Shown here: in pieces, positions 1 to 9,255 of the stretch
Position numbering within the stretch: position 1 is the first letter of the stretch
Layout: each line of letters opens with the position of its first letter
Source: Planctomycetota bacterium
GTDB lineage: Bacteria > Planctomycetota > UBA1135 > UBA2386
Length of the DNA stretch: 64,000 nt
NCBI GenBank assembly: GCA_046290465.1
Contig: JBKAGP010000001.1
Span: 2,976,001-3,040,000, forward strand
Direction: 5' to 3'
Program-made: the position numbers and the translations under genes
Notes under the pieces: generated by a model
The model's input: the letters and a program-made list of their open reading frames with translations, nothing else
Databases searched by the model: none
What the model was told of the DNA's origin: nothing

Positions 1-226
1 GCGACCGCCGAACAGTCCCGTCCGAAGGCCCGAAACGGCAAGTAGCCTTGGCCGCTCCTTGCGCCCAGCGAAAGCTGGCGCCAGGGAACGGCCCTCGGGC
101 CCGCCGCGAAAATAACCTAGGATCCCCGTGTTCCGCCCCCCCCCCGACGTCATTCGGTGGTTCCCGGCACTACCCACAACATCGTCACTCAAGAACCCGT
201 GACGAAACGAGCGCGCACAGCATCTG

Positions 227-2329
227 ATGAACCGACCTCCATGGAGCCTGCTCCCCGTCTTTGCACTCATCATGTTTACGGCAGCCCAAGAGTGCACTGC
301 GCAGGCCACGGGCTCTGAGGTTCCCTCGGGCAAGGACGTCGTCCGCTACGAGCTCGTAATCGCGGAGACTCCGGGCGCACCCGCGGGCACAGCGACTACC
401 GTGCTCACCGTCAACGGCACCTCCCCTGGCCCGGTCTTGAGATTCAGAGAAGGCGACCTCGCCCAAATCACGGTCAAGAACCGGCTACCATCCGAGGAGA
501 CTTCGATCCACTGGCACGGGCTGCTCGTGCCCAACGAAATGGACGGAGTCCCATACCTGACCACCCCTCCAATCCCTGCTGGCGGCGAACACACATTCGA
601 GTTCCGGCTGCGGCAATCGGGCACCTATTGGTACCACTCGCACACAGGGCTGCAGGAGCAACTGGGCGTCCAGGGTGCGATCGTCATCGAACCCAGAAAG
701 CCCGATGTTGCGTTCGATCGTGAGCACGTCGTCGTCCTGGCCGATTGGACCGACGATGATCCGACCACGGTCATGCGCTGGCTGATGCGCGGCAGCGAGT
801 GGTATTCGGTGAAGAAGGGGACGCAACAGTCGCTGCTCGGAGCCTGGCGGCGAGGCGCCGTTTCGGATTACTTCGAGCGCGAGGGGGACCGCATGCCGGC
901 GATGGACTTGTCGGACGTGGGCTACGACGCGTTCCTGGCCAATGGCAAGCGAGCACTGAAGCTCGATGCCCGCCCGGGTGAACGCGTCCTGCTGCGCATC
1001 GTTAACGCCGGGGCCTCGACCTACTTCTACCTCGGCGCTGGCGAAGGCAACCTGACGATCGTGGGCAGCGACGGCATTCGCGTAGAGCCGGTCGAGGTCC
1101 GGCGCCTCCTCATCGGCATGGCGGAGACGTACGACGTCGTGGTTACCATGCCAGAGACCCGGTCCACGCTCGAGATCCGAGCCACGGCGCAAGATGGCAG
1201 CGGACACGCTTCGATGCTGTTGGGGGATGGGCCGCTGATCGAGGCCGTCGACCCGCCGCGGGCGAACCTATACGTGATGGACGAGATGCTTGCCGCGGGG
1301 CTCGCAAGCCAGATGCCAAAGCGCGCGCTGGAAGCCGCTACTGCGGAACGCCCATTCGCGCCCTACGGCCTGCTGCGTGCAGTCTCCGACACTACCATCG
1401 CCGGACCGGGCACCGAAGTCCGCGAGCTGACCATGCGCCTCACCGGCGACATGCGCCGGTATCTGTGGGGCTTCGACAACGAGACCTTGGCCGAGAACTC
1501 GACGATCCGCGTCCGCAAGGGCGAGGTGCTGCGCATCCAGCTCATCAACGACACGATGATGCACCATCCGCTGCACCTGCACGGTCACTTCTTCCGCGTG
1601 CTCAACGGGCAGGGCGAACGCTCCCCGCTCAAGCACACCGTGGACGTCCCCCCGATGGGCAAGCGCACGATCGAGTGGGTCGCCGACGAAGAGGGCGGAG
1701 ACTGGTTCTTCCACTGCCACCTGCTCTACCACATGGATGCCGGCATGGCCCGCGTGTTCAGCTACCAGCAGGATCCGACGTATCAACCCACCGTAGACCC
1801 GAAGCTCCTCGAACCGGCCTACCTATTCTTCGATGCAACGGTACAGAACCACATGACCATGGGCCGTGCCATGCTCATGAAGGGGCGGAACGACTTCTTC
1901 ACCCGGTGGGACATCGGACTGCCATCGGCGTTCGGCGACGACCACCGAGACGGTGGACACGAGGACAACATCGAGGTCGATTTCGGATGGTCACGCTACA
2001 TCGATCAGAACTTCGCCACCGAGTTGGGCTGGCGCTACGCTGATGGTGACGGGGCAACGAGTCGCGCATTCGCGGGCGTGCGCTATCGCCTGCCCTACCT
2101 CGTGATGTCAAACCTCAGCGTAGACAGCCGGGGAGACTTCCGACTTTCACTCGACAAGGGGCTCCAGCTTACCGACCGTCTTGGGATCGGCACCTCCGTC
2201 GAATACGACACCAATACGCAATTCGAGTGGCTCGTCGGCATCGATTACACGATCACGCAGAACCTGGGTTTCTCGACCTCGTATCACTCCGACCATGGCT
2301 ATGGCCTTGGCCTGGTCTTGACCTTCTGA
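227..2329 (+). CDS. Multicopper oxidase (CopA/PcoA-like) with a C-terminal beta-barrel-like (CopB-like) extension
   Basis: Copper motifs IHWHG, YWYHSH, HHPLHLHGH and WFFHCHLLYHM; N-terminal signal peptide; the last ~170 aa have alternating aromatic strands and end in Phe. Confidence 0.93.
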   Translation: MNRPPWSLLPVFALIMFTAAQECTAQATGSEVPSGKDVVRYELVIAETPGAPAGTATTVLTVNGTSPGPVLRFREGDLAQITVKNRLPSEETSIHWHGLLVPNEMDGVPYLTTPPIPAGGEHTFEFRLRQSGTYWYHSHTGLQEQLGVQGAIVIEPRKPDVAFDREHVVVLADWTDDDPTTVMRWLMRGSEWYSVKKGTQQSLLGAWRRGAVSDYFEREGDRMPAMDLSDVGYDAFLANGKRALKLDARPGERVLLRIVNAGASTYFYLGAGEGNLTIVGSDGIRVEPVEVRRLLIGMAETYDVVVTMPETRSTLEIRATAQDGSGHASMLLGDGPLIEAVDPPRANLYVMDEMLAAGLASQMPKRALEAATAERPFAPYGLLRAVSDTTIAGPGTEVRELTMRLTGDMRRYLWGFDNETLAENSTIRVRKGEVLRIQLINDTMMHHPLHLHGHFFRVLNGQGERSPLKHTVDVPPMGKRTIEWVADEEGGDWFFHCHLLYHMDAGMARVFSYQQDPTYQPTVDPKLLEPAYLFFDATVQNHMTMGRAMLMKGRNDFFTRWDIGLPSAFGDDHRDGGHEDNIEVDFGWSRYIDQNFATELGWRYADGDGATSRAFAGVRYRLPYLVMSNLSVDSRGDFRLSLDKGLQLTDRLGIGTSVEYDTNTQFEWLVGIDYTITQNLGFSTSYHSDHGYGLGLVLTF

Positions 2330-2361
2330 TGGCCAACATCTCTTAGCGAGGCATCTCCAAA

Positions 2362-2610
2362 ATGAAAACGCTCCGTTCCAAGCTTCCCGTTCTCGCACTC
2401 GTCCTGTTCGCGGCGTGCGCTTCGGGCCCAAGCGCAGACGTCATCCCCTACACGAGTGACCTCTGCATCGTCACCGACAACAAGCTCGGCTCGATGGGCG
2501 ATCCCGTCGTCAAGGTCTACGGCAACCAGGAGGTCAAGTTCTGCTGCCGTCCGTGCGTGAAGGAGTTCGAAGAGGACCAGGAGCGGTTCCTTGCGAAGCT
2601 GAAAAAGTAG
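2362..2610 (+). CDS. Small lipoprotein with a YHS/TRASH-like Cys motif
   Basis: Lipobox FAAC; CIVT...KLGSMG...VKFCCRPC pattern; directly after the oxidase. Confidence 0.75.
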   Translation: MKTLRSKLPVLALVLFAACASGPSADVIPYTSDLCIVTDNKLGSMGDPVVKVYGNQEVKFCCRPCVKEFEEDQERFLAKLKK

Positions 2611-2719
2611 GTATCGGCAAGTGAGTGAGAAGCCGGTGCATCAACATCGGCCTCGCTTGCCACACCGTGGCCACCAGAGGGCCGAACCGCCCACCAACCA
2701 CCTACACACACCAAGCTCC

Positions 2720-3265
2720 ATGAGCCCCCGTCCCAACTACGTGGCACTGCTGCTCCTGGCGCTCGTAGCCTCCTTGGTCGGCGGTTGCTCGACGATCCGA
2801 ACCAGCGGACGCCCCGATTTCGACCTGAAGAACATCCGGAGCTATGCGTGGATCAACGCACCGAGCTTCACAGGCGACGTAAGCGAGCACTCTCAAGAAA
2901 GCCTGCTCGCCCAGGCGCAACGCGCGATCGACAACTACCTGCAGCAGCTCGGAGCCAGGCCATCTACGGAGAGCGAGGCGGAGGTCCTCCTCACGGCGAC
3001 CCTCGGTATTGAGACACGGCGACGCCTGAACGACCCTGACTACGATCTCTACGCCGTCCAGAAAGACGAGCTGGGTTCCTTGACCATCACGTTCTTCGAC
3101 AGAGATCAAGGAGAAGCCTGGACAGGCAGATGTCGGCATACGCTCCGCATCGCTTCTCGAAGCGAGCGACTGGGCCGCACGGAGTTCATCCCAACGGGGC
3201 ACGCGCGTGATTGGCGCATCGAGCAGATGGCCGAACGCATCCTGTCGCGTGCGACAGCCCAGTGA
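2720..3265 (+). CDS. Lipoprotein, DUF4136-like
   Basis: Lipobox VGGC, then DFDLKNIRSYAW and later GSLTITFFD...AWTG; start moved to ATG 2720. Confidence 0.65.
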   Translation: MSPRPNYVALLLLALVASLVGGCSTIRTSGRPDFDLKNIRSYAWINAPSFTGDVSEHSQESLLAQAQRAIDNYLQQLGARPSTESEAEVLLTATLGIETRRRLNDPDYDLYAVQKDELGSLTITFFDRDQGEAWTGRCRHTLRIASRSERLGRTEFIPTGHARDWRIEQMAERILSRATAQ

Positions 3266-3337
3266 GGCAAGCCTCCCAGCCGGGCGAGTGTGCACAGCCC
3301 CCGCCATCCGCTCGACAGCGGCGCAACGGATGCTCCC

Positions 3338-4702
3338 CTAGCGCAGTTCGTAGTCGACGATCTTCTTCCGCAGCGTGGTTGGCGAAATGTCCAAGACCTG
3401 CGCCGTTCGCGTGATGTTCCATCCCGTACTGTCAAGTGCGTGGCGGACGTGATCCCGCTCGACCTCCCAGAGCTTCTTGACCGGACCATCCTCGGCGACG
3501 GCTTCGTGAGAAGGCCTAGCCGGCGCAATATCCACTTCCTCGATCACGTCTGCACGAGCGAGCGCCACGGCACGGGTGAGCACGTTGTCCAATTCGCGGA
3601 CGTTGCCAGGCCACGAGTGCAACTCGAGCTGCTTCAACGCTGTCTCAGAGATGGCAGTGACCTCGCTTTCCAGGCGCCGCCGGATCCGATGAAGAAGGTG
3701 GGTCGCCAAGATTCGAATGTCTCCGGGACGCTCTCGAAGCGGCGGGATTTCGAGCCGCGCAACGGATAGGCGGTATAGCAGGTCTTCCCGGAACTCACCG
3801 CGCTCGACCATTTCTCCGAGATCTCGATGGGAAGCTGCAAGCACTCGCGCTTCGAAGGAGACGCTGTGGTTGCCCCCTACGCGTTCGAATGTGCGCTCCT
3901 GCAAGGCCCGTAGGAGTTTGGCCTGGAGTTCGAGTGGCATGTCGCCGATCTCGTCGAGGAACAGCGTTCCGCCCCCTGCATCCTCGAGCCTCCCTTGCTT
4001 CTTGGAATCCGCTCCAGTGAATGCCCCCTTCTCATAACCGAAGAGCTCGCTCTCGAGGAGTGTGGGCACGATCGCCGCGCAGTTGATTGCCACGAAGGGC
4101 TCAGCAGGCGATGACGCGTTATGAATCGCCCGGGCGACAAGCTCCTTTCCCGTGCCGCTCTCGCCTTCGATCAGGACCGTAACCTGACTCCTTGATAGAA
4201 GGCCGACCTGCTTCAGGAGTTCGAGGATACGTCGGTCTGACCCGACGATTTCATCCGGGTGCTCCGCACCGGGAGTGATCGGGACGAGGTCCGCCCGCTG
4301 TGCCATTGGCCGCCGCTGCCGGCGCCGTTGCCGACACTTCTCGATCGCCACGAGCACATCCTCTACCGCCAGCGGCTTGCGGACGTAGTCCAGTGCTCCA
4401 ATCTGGATCGCCTCGATCATCGACTTCATGTCCTGAACCCCCGTGATCATGACGACCTCGGGCGCGTCCGCGGCGTCGGTCAGGTCCTTCAGAACCCTCA
4501 ACCCATCGCGATCGGGCAAGCGGAGATCCAGGAAGACGATGTCAGGTTCGAACTCTCGCACCGCCTCGCCGGCAGCTCCGCCCTTCGTGCGCGTCGCGAC
4601 GGCGTGTCCCTGCTCTTCAAGGAGGATCTGTAGCGACCTACAGATGGCCGCATCGTCATCGACGATCAGAATGCGGAGGGCGTCATGCTGGCTCTGGCTC
4701 AT
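3338..4702 (-). CDS. Sigma-54-dependent response regulator (NtrC/ZraR family)
   Basis: Receiver (ILIVDDD, FLDLRLP), AAA+ (GESGTGKE, GAFTGA, LFLDEIG, WPGNVREL) and a Fis-type HTH; ATG 4702 overlaps the end of the kinase gene. Confidence 0.95.
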   Translation of the reverse strand: MSQSQHDALRILIVDDDAAICRSLQILLEEQGHAVATRTKGGAAGEAVREFEPDIVFLDLRLPDRDGLRVLKDLTDAADAPEVVMITGVQDMKSMIEAIQIGALDYVRKPLAVEDVLVAIEKCRQRRRQRRPMAQRADLVPITPGAEHPDEIVGSDRRILELLKQVGLLSRSQVTVLIEGESGTGKELVARAIHNASSPAEPFVAINCAAIVPTLLESELFGYEKGAFTGADSKKQGRLEDAGGGTLFLDEIGDMPLELQAKLLRALQERTFERVGGNHSVSFEARVLAASHRDLGEMVERGEFREDLLYRLSVARLEIPPLRERPGDIRILATHLLHRIRRRLESEVTAISETALKQLELHSWPGNVRELDNVLTRAVALARADVIEEVDIAPARPSHEAVAEDGPVKKLWEVERDHVRHALDSTGWNITRTAQVLDISPTTLRKKIVDYELR

Positions 4703-6536
4703 TGGGCAACTCGATTCGGAACACGGCACCAGCGACCGCTCCGCGATCATCCACGCGGTTCGCTGCGCTGACACGGCCCCCATGGTAATCGACGATCTTC
4801 CGAACGATCGCCAGCCCGAGCCCCGTGCCCTGCTCCCGGGAGGTGAAAAATGGCTGAAACAGTCGCTCTCGGTTGTCTTCTGGAATCCCCGGACCGTCGT
4901 CCGAAACCTCTAGCGCCACCATCCTCGCTCGCTCGTCGAGCAGGACCGCAACGTCGATTTGCCCGTTAGGCCCGGTCGCGGCCATCGCGTTCTCAAACAG
5001 ATTGACCAACACTTGCCGGATCCGCTCCGAATCAATCCGGAGTTCAAGGTCCTCGTGACCATCCTCGACACGGATGCGACAGCGCAGCTCCCCGGCCTCA
5101 TTCTCGACCGCCTCGAGCGCCGCCACGATCACGTCCCGAAGTCGATGCACGCGGTAGTCCATCGACAACGGACGGCTCAGCGACAACAGGTCAGTGAACA
5201 TCCGCTCAAGGCGAGAAACCTGCTCTTGTGCAATATCGGCAAGCTCGACATGCCTGCTACCGGCTGCGAGACCCGACCGGATTGCTTGGAGGTTCATCTT
5301 GATCGACGAAAGCGGATTGCGCATCTCATGAACGACGGCCGAACTCATCTCCCCCATCGCAGCTAGGGTCTCTGAATGCACGATTCGCTGCCGAGCCTGC
5401 GACAACTCGTCGAGCATGCCGTTCAACGCACGACCTACAGCATCTACCTCGGGCTGAGCCAAGGGCACGACGCGGGCTGCGTGATCCCCGCCACCGACAC
5501 GATGTGCGACCCGGACCAACTGCTGCAGTGGTGTCGTGAGTTGCCGAGCCCCCACGCGCACGATGAGAACAACGATCAGGGCGACGACGAGCGCCGTGAG
5601 CGCCGCCCTCGAGCTGAGCTCGGGGAGCCACGCCAAGGCCTCTGCAGCGTCCTGCTCGAGCAGCAGCACCCACCCCATCTGGGGAAGCGCGGTGAAGCCA
5701 CCTACCACCTCGCGGCCGCTGGCGTCGGAGTAGAGCGCCGCGCCCGAGTCTCCTCCTTTCGCGCGACGAAACCCAACGGTGTCAATCTCGGCTTGGAGAG
5801 CATCCCCGGAATCTCGCAGTCCGGACGAAGTCAACAGTACCCCTTCCGACGACACCAAGTAGCAGCGACTGTTGGATAGCCCTGCGCCTACATCCGACAA
5901 GATGTCTTCGAGCTTCGATTCGTCGAGAGCCGTCAAGACATACCCAGTGATGACGCCATCACGCATCACTGCAGCACCGAAGTGCATGCCCAGCTGCCCG
6001 TTCTCATGCCGGTGTATTCGCCCCGCGGCCCCCGACGTTGAGGTTCGCACCGCGAGCTTGATGTCTGATCGCTCGAAATCTTCGATTCCGTGCGCATCAG
6101 TCCCGGCCCCAGCCAGCTCCCGCCACTTCAGATCGTAGAGCCCAACCGCTTCATACAAACCGTTCCTCGCCACGAACTGACCTAGCAGAGCGTTCGCACC
6201 ATGCTCCACGCCCCCCTGAGAACTGTCAGTCGTACACCGATGCCGCACTGCCGGACAGCCAGCGAGGAACCCCGCATCCGCGACTCGTTCGCGGAACCAA
6301 AGCTCTAGTTGGCGCTCGCGCGAAGCGGTGAGCTGAGCCAACCTGGCAGTCGCGGCATCCAGGACGGCCGACTTGGCACAGTGGTAGCCTTGGGCCGCCA
6401 GCAAGATCATCGGCACCAAGGCGATCCCGAGTGACCAAAGCAACAGACGGCGCCGCAGGTGCCCACCGGCTTCGTGCGCTGGCTTCGCCACGGTATCGCT
6501 CCGCTCGCTGTGAACAGTTTCTGGTGAGGATGGCAT
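4683..6536 (-). CDS. Sensor histidine kinase with a His/Cys-containing periplasmic Cache-like domain and HAMP
   Basis: Two TM segments, H-box HEMRNPL, N/G1/F/G2 boxes (NLFENA, DDGPG, FQPFFT, GTGLGL); start uncertain (6536 or 6557). Confidence 0.93.
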   Translation of the reverse strand: MPSSPETVHSERSDTVAKPAHEAGGHLRRRLLLWSLGIALVPMILLAAQGYHCAKSAVLDAATARLAQLTASRERQLELWFRERVADAGFLAGCPAVRHRCTTDSSQGGVEHGANALLGQFVARNGLYEAVGLYDLKWRELAGAGTDAHGIEDFERSDIKLAVRTSTSGAAGRIHRHENGQLGMHFGAAVMRDGVITGYVLTALDESKLEDILSDVGAGLSNSRCYLVSSEGVLLTSSGLRDSGDALQAEIDTVGFRRAKGGDSGAALYSDASGREVVGGFTALPQMGWVLLLEQDAAEALAWLPELSSRAALTALVVALIVVLIVRVGARQLTTPLQQLVRVAHRVGGGDHAARVVPLAQPEVDAVGRALNGMLDELSQARQRIVHSETLAAMGEMSSAVVHEMRNPLSSIKMNLQAIRSGLAAGSRHVELADIAQEQVSRLERMFTDLLSLSRPLSMDYRVHRLRDVIVAALEAVENEAGELRCRIRVEDGHEDLELRIDSERIRQVLVNLFENAMAATGPNGQIDVAVLLDERARMVALEVSDDGPGIPEDNRERLFQPFFTSREQGTGLGLAIVRKIVDYHGGRVSAANRVDDRGAVAGAVFRIELPNEPEPA

Positions 6537-6686
6537 CAGGATCTGGTCGCGCCGCAACGGGGCCAGCTTCGTTCAAGTCGCCCAATTGGGCGTCGCCGGA
6601 GGGGAACATGCTGCCCCTACCGCGGCAAGGCAATGGCTTTCGTCGTCGCAGTGTGTGCAACGACCGTACCTCAGGCTGCTGCGAAA

Positions 6687-6702
6687 CGGCATGCATGTTG
6701 CT
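6687..6702 (+). promoter_or_regulatory. Sigma-54 (-24/-12) promoter
   Basis: CGGCATGCATGTTGCT = GG-N10-GC with TTGC; 54 nt upstream of ATG 6756; divergent from a sigma-54 activator operon. Confidence 0.75.
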
Positions 6703-6755
6703 CTCCGCAGTCAGGACATCAACACGCGACGACTGCGGACAGTCCCCGGAACACC

Positions 6756-7757
6756 ATGAACCCTACCTCCCCAATGGTCGGCCCAGCGCTCACAGCGGCC
6801 TTCTTCCTCATCGCTGCAGCCATTCCAGCACAGGGGATCGCGCTTCGAACCGGCGAGGTCGTTATCGGACGAGTCGTGAACGTGCAGGCATCGACCATCG
6901 AAATCGCCGTTACGTTTCCACGCGTCGAAACGCGCGTTCTCAAGCGCGGCGACATCAAGCCTCGGTCGATGTATGCGATCCTGTCCGGACGCATGGATCA
7001 AACAAGCGGCACGGCTCATCTCGAGCTTGCTCAGACGTGTCGTGAACTTGGTCTGTTTGCCTTCGGCATTGCCGAGGCACGTGAATCTGCACGTCGCGAC
7101 CCTGCCCTGACCGATGCGAGCAATCGCCTCATCAAGGCTCTCAGGCAATCCATCGCGACGCAACTCCTGCGCGCTGCCAGTTCCGACGCAGAAGCGGGTC
7201 TCTACGGCTCCGCAAAGCTCGCTGCACAGACGATCGTCCGGGACTACTCAGACACGGACGCCGCGGCCGCCGCACGAGCCCTGCTCAAGAAGGTCCGCTC
7301 GGTCGCCACACCATTCGCGCGCGTCGTCACCGAGAAGGAAGCAACAGCGGCCATCAAGAAGGTCAGGCGCGCGCTGGAGCGGAGCGCGTCTGACTCTGCG
7401 CCCCCCGCCCACGGAAAGATGCGAGATCAACGCCGCCTACAACGAGGGATCGCGCGCATGGAGAAGACCTGGAAGGCCGTGCACGACCTGGTCGGCCCTG
7501 AAGCATCAGAAACTGAACAAGCGTCGACAAATGCTTCCAGCACCGCCGACCGCCTTGCGGCCGCCCAAGCGGAGCTACGCAGCCGCCTGACCGCGGCGTA
7601 CCTCGCACTCGGTCAAATCTACCTCGAACGAGAGGCGTTGTCGGACGCAAGCGAGTGGTGCAACAAGGCGTGCGAGACCGACCCGGAGAACAAGGGGTCC
7701 CACCGACTCCACTCGTTGATCCTACAGGCGAAGATCATCAGCGGGTCCGGCTACTGA
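6756..7757 (+). CDS. Secreted alpha-helical/TPR-like hypothetical protein
   Basis: Long ORF with a signal peptide (ALTAAFFLIAAAIPA) and a TPR-like C-terminus (AYLALGQIYL...WCNKACETDP). Confidence 0.7.
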   Translation: MNPTSPMVGPALTAAFFLIAAAIPAQGIALRTGEVVIGRVVNVQASTIEIAVTFPRVETRVLKRGDIKPRSMYAILSGRMDQTSGTAHLELAQTCRELGLFAFGIAEARESARRDPALTDASNRLIKALRQSIATQLLRAASSDAEAGLYGSAKLAAQTIVRDYSDTDAAAAARALLKKVRSVATPFARVVTEKEATAAIKKVRRALERSASDSAPPAHGKMRDQRRLQRGIARMEKTWKAVHDLVGPEASETEQASTNASSTADRLAAAQAELRSRLTAAYLALGQIYLEREALSDASEWCNKACETDPENKGSHRLHSLILQAKIISGSGY

Positions 7758-7793
7758 GCCCACCAAACCGAGCGCCCCTAAGATGGTACGGGT

Positions 7794-7810
7794 CACCGCC
7801 TATGGGGGTG
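7794..7810. promoter_or_regulatory. Possible CsoR/RcnR-type operator
   Basis: CACCGCC-TAT-GGGGGTG, a C-tract/G-tract pseudo-palindrome (6/7 match) 38 nt upstream of the TolC start. Confidence 0.35.
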
Positions 7811-7847
7811 CGGCTCTCATGATCCGCACATATCGAGTCAACTCACG

Positions 7848-9251
7848 ATGAAGACGACAGCACAACGTCGGTGGACGCGAGTCCGCGTCGGCAACGCCCT
7901 CTGTTGCCTCCTACCCACGATTGCCGCGTGCAGCATGCATCCACGCACGACGCCCATCGGTCCGTACACCAGCGCACCAGCCGGAATGCGCGCCGAACGG
8001 CCGCAACTGCCCGACTTCACAATCAACTCCGATCTCGATACCTACATCCGGTACGCGCTACTGAACAACCCCGGCTTGGAAGCCGCGTTCCAGGACTACA
8101 TCGCCGCGATGGAGCGCATCCCCCAGGTGACGGCGCTCCCGGATCCGAGGTTCAGCTACCGGTACTACATCCAGGAAGTCGAGACCCGCGTCGGTCCGCA
8201 ACAGCACGCGTTCGGCCTATCACAGACACTGCCTTGGTTCGGCAAACTCGAGTTGCAGGGCCAGATCGCCTCGGGCGCTGCAGGTGCCGCTAAGGAGAGG
8301 TTCGAGGCGAAGAAAGACTCGCTTGTCGCAGAGGTCATCGATGCCTACCTGGAGTACTACCATCTGGGGCGTGCCGTCGAAGTCGTCCGCGGCAACCGCG
8401 ACCTCATCCAGCAGCTTGAGCGAGTAGCCCGCGCCCGCTACGGGGCAGGAGCCGCCAACCACCCCGATATCATCCGCGCCCAGGTGGAACTCGGCCAGCT
8501 GGAGAACCAGCTGGCCAGCCTGGACGATCGCAAGTCGCCATTCATCGCACGATTGAACGCGGCGCTCAATCGACGCAAATCGACTCCGATCCCGTTCCCA
8601 AAGAAGGCCGACGTCCATCCGCTCGGGGCCCCCGACGAAGAGGTTCTCGGGTGGATTGCCACCAGCAACCCGGAGCTCATGGCGATGCGGCACGAAATCG
8701 ACGCCGCAAGGGCAGCCGCCCTGCGTGCCGAGAAGGACTTCTACCCCGACTTCACCTTCGGTGTCGATTACCTGGCCACCGGCGATGCTCGCATGCCTGG
8801 AGTGGCGGGCAGCGGCGACGATGCCGTCATTGCTGGCGTCTCTTTCAATCTTCCAATTGCACGCGGCAAGTACAACGCGGCCGTTCGTGAAGCCAAAGCC
8901 CGCCAGTTTTCGACGGCACTGAGACGAGGAGACCTGCTCAACAAGCTTCAGGCAGAAGCGGCGACTGCGCTGTTCCGCATCCGCGACGCAGAACGACAGA
9001 TTGCCTTGTATCGCGACACACTGCTTCCCAAGGCGCGCGAGTCGCTCGCGACCACTCAGACAGCCTACAGCGCGGGGAATGGAAGCTTCTCCGACCTGGT
9101 GGATGCGCAGCGGATGCTGCTGTCCTTCGAACTGTCATTCGAGCGATCCCGTGCCGACCACGGACAGTGGCGAGCGGTACTCGAGCGCCTCGTCGGCCAC
9201 GCGATCCCCACGAAGAGCGCGGACGTGAAATCGTCCGACAAGGAGAAGTAG
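7848..9251 (+). CDS. TolC-family outer membrane efflux protein (CusC-like lipoprotein)
   Basis: Lipobox IAAC; OEP repeats (ALLNNPGLEAA, LSQTLPWFGK, SFNLPI); first gene of a tripartite efflux cluster. Confidence 0.92.
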   Translation: MKTTAQRRWTRVRVGNALCCLLPTIAACSMHPRTTPIGPYTSAPAGMRAERPQLPDFTINSDLDTYIRYALLNNPGLEAAFQDYIAAMERIPQVTALPDPRFSYRYYIQEVETRVGPQQHAFGLSQTLPWFGKLELQGQIASGAAGAAKERFEAKKDSLVAEVIDAYLEYYHLGRAVEVVRGNRDLIQQLERVARARYGAGAANHPDIIRAQVELGQLENQLASLDDRKSPFIARLNAALNRRKSTPIPFPKKADVHPLGAPDEEVLGWIATSNPELMAMRHEIDAARAAALRAEKDFYPDFTFGVDYLATGDARMPGVAGSGDDAVIAGVSFNLPIARGKYNAAVREAKARQFSTALRRGDLLNKLQAEAATALFRIRDAERQIALYRDTLLPKARESLATTQTAYSAGNGSFSDLVDAQRMLLSFELSFERSRADHGQWRAVLERLVGHAIPTKSADVKSSDKEK

Positions 9252-9255
9252 CAAG

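Noticed and set aside
136..145. C10 homopolymer upstream of the multicopper oxidase as a phase-variation tract
   Set aside because: No promoter elements can be placed around it with confidence, and homopolymer length is unreliable without reads
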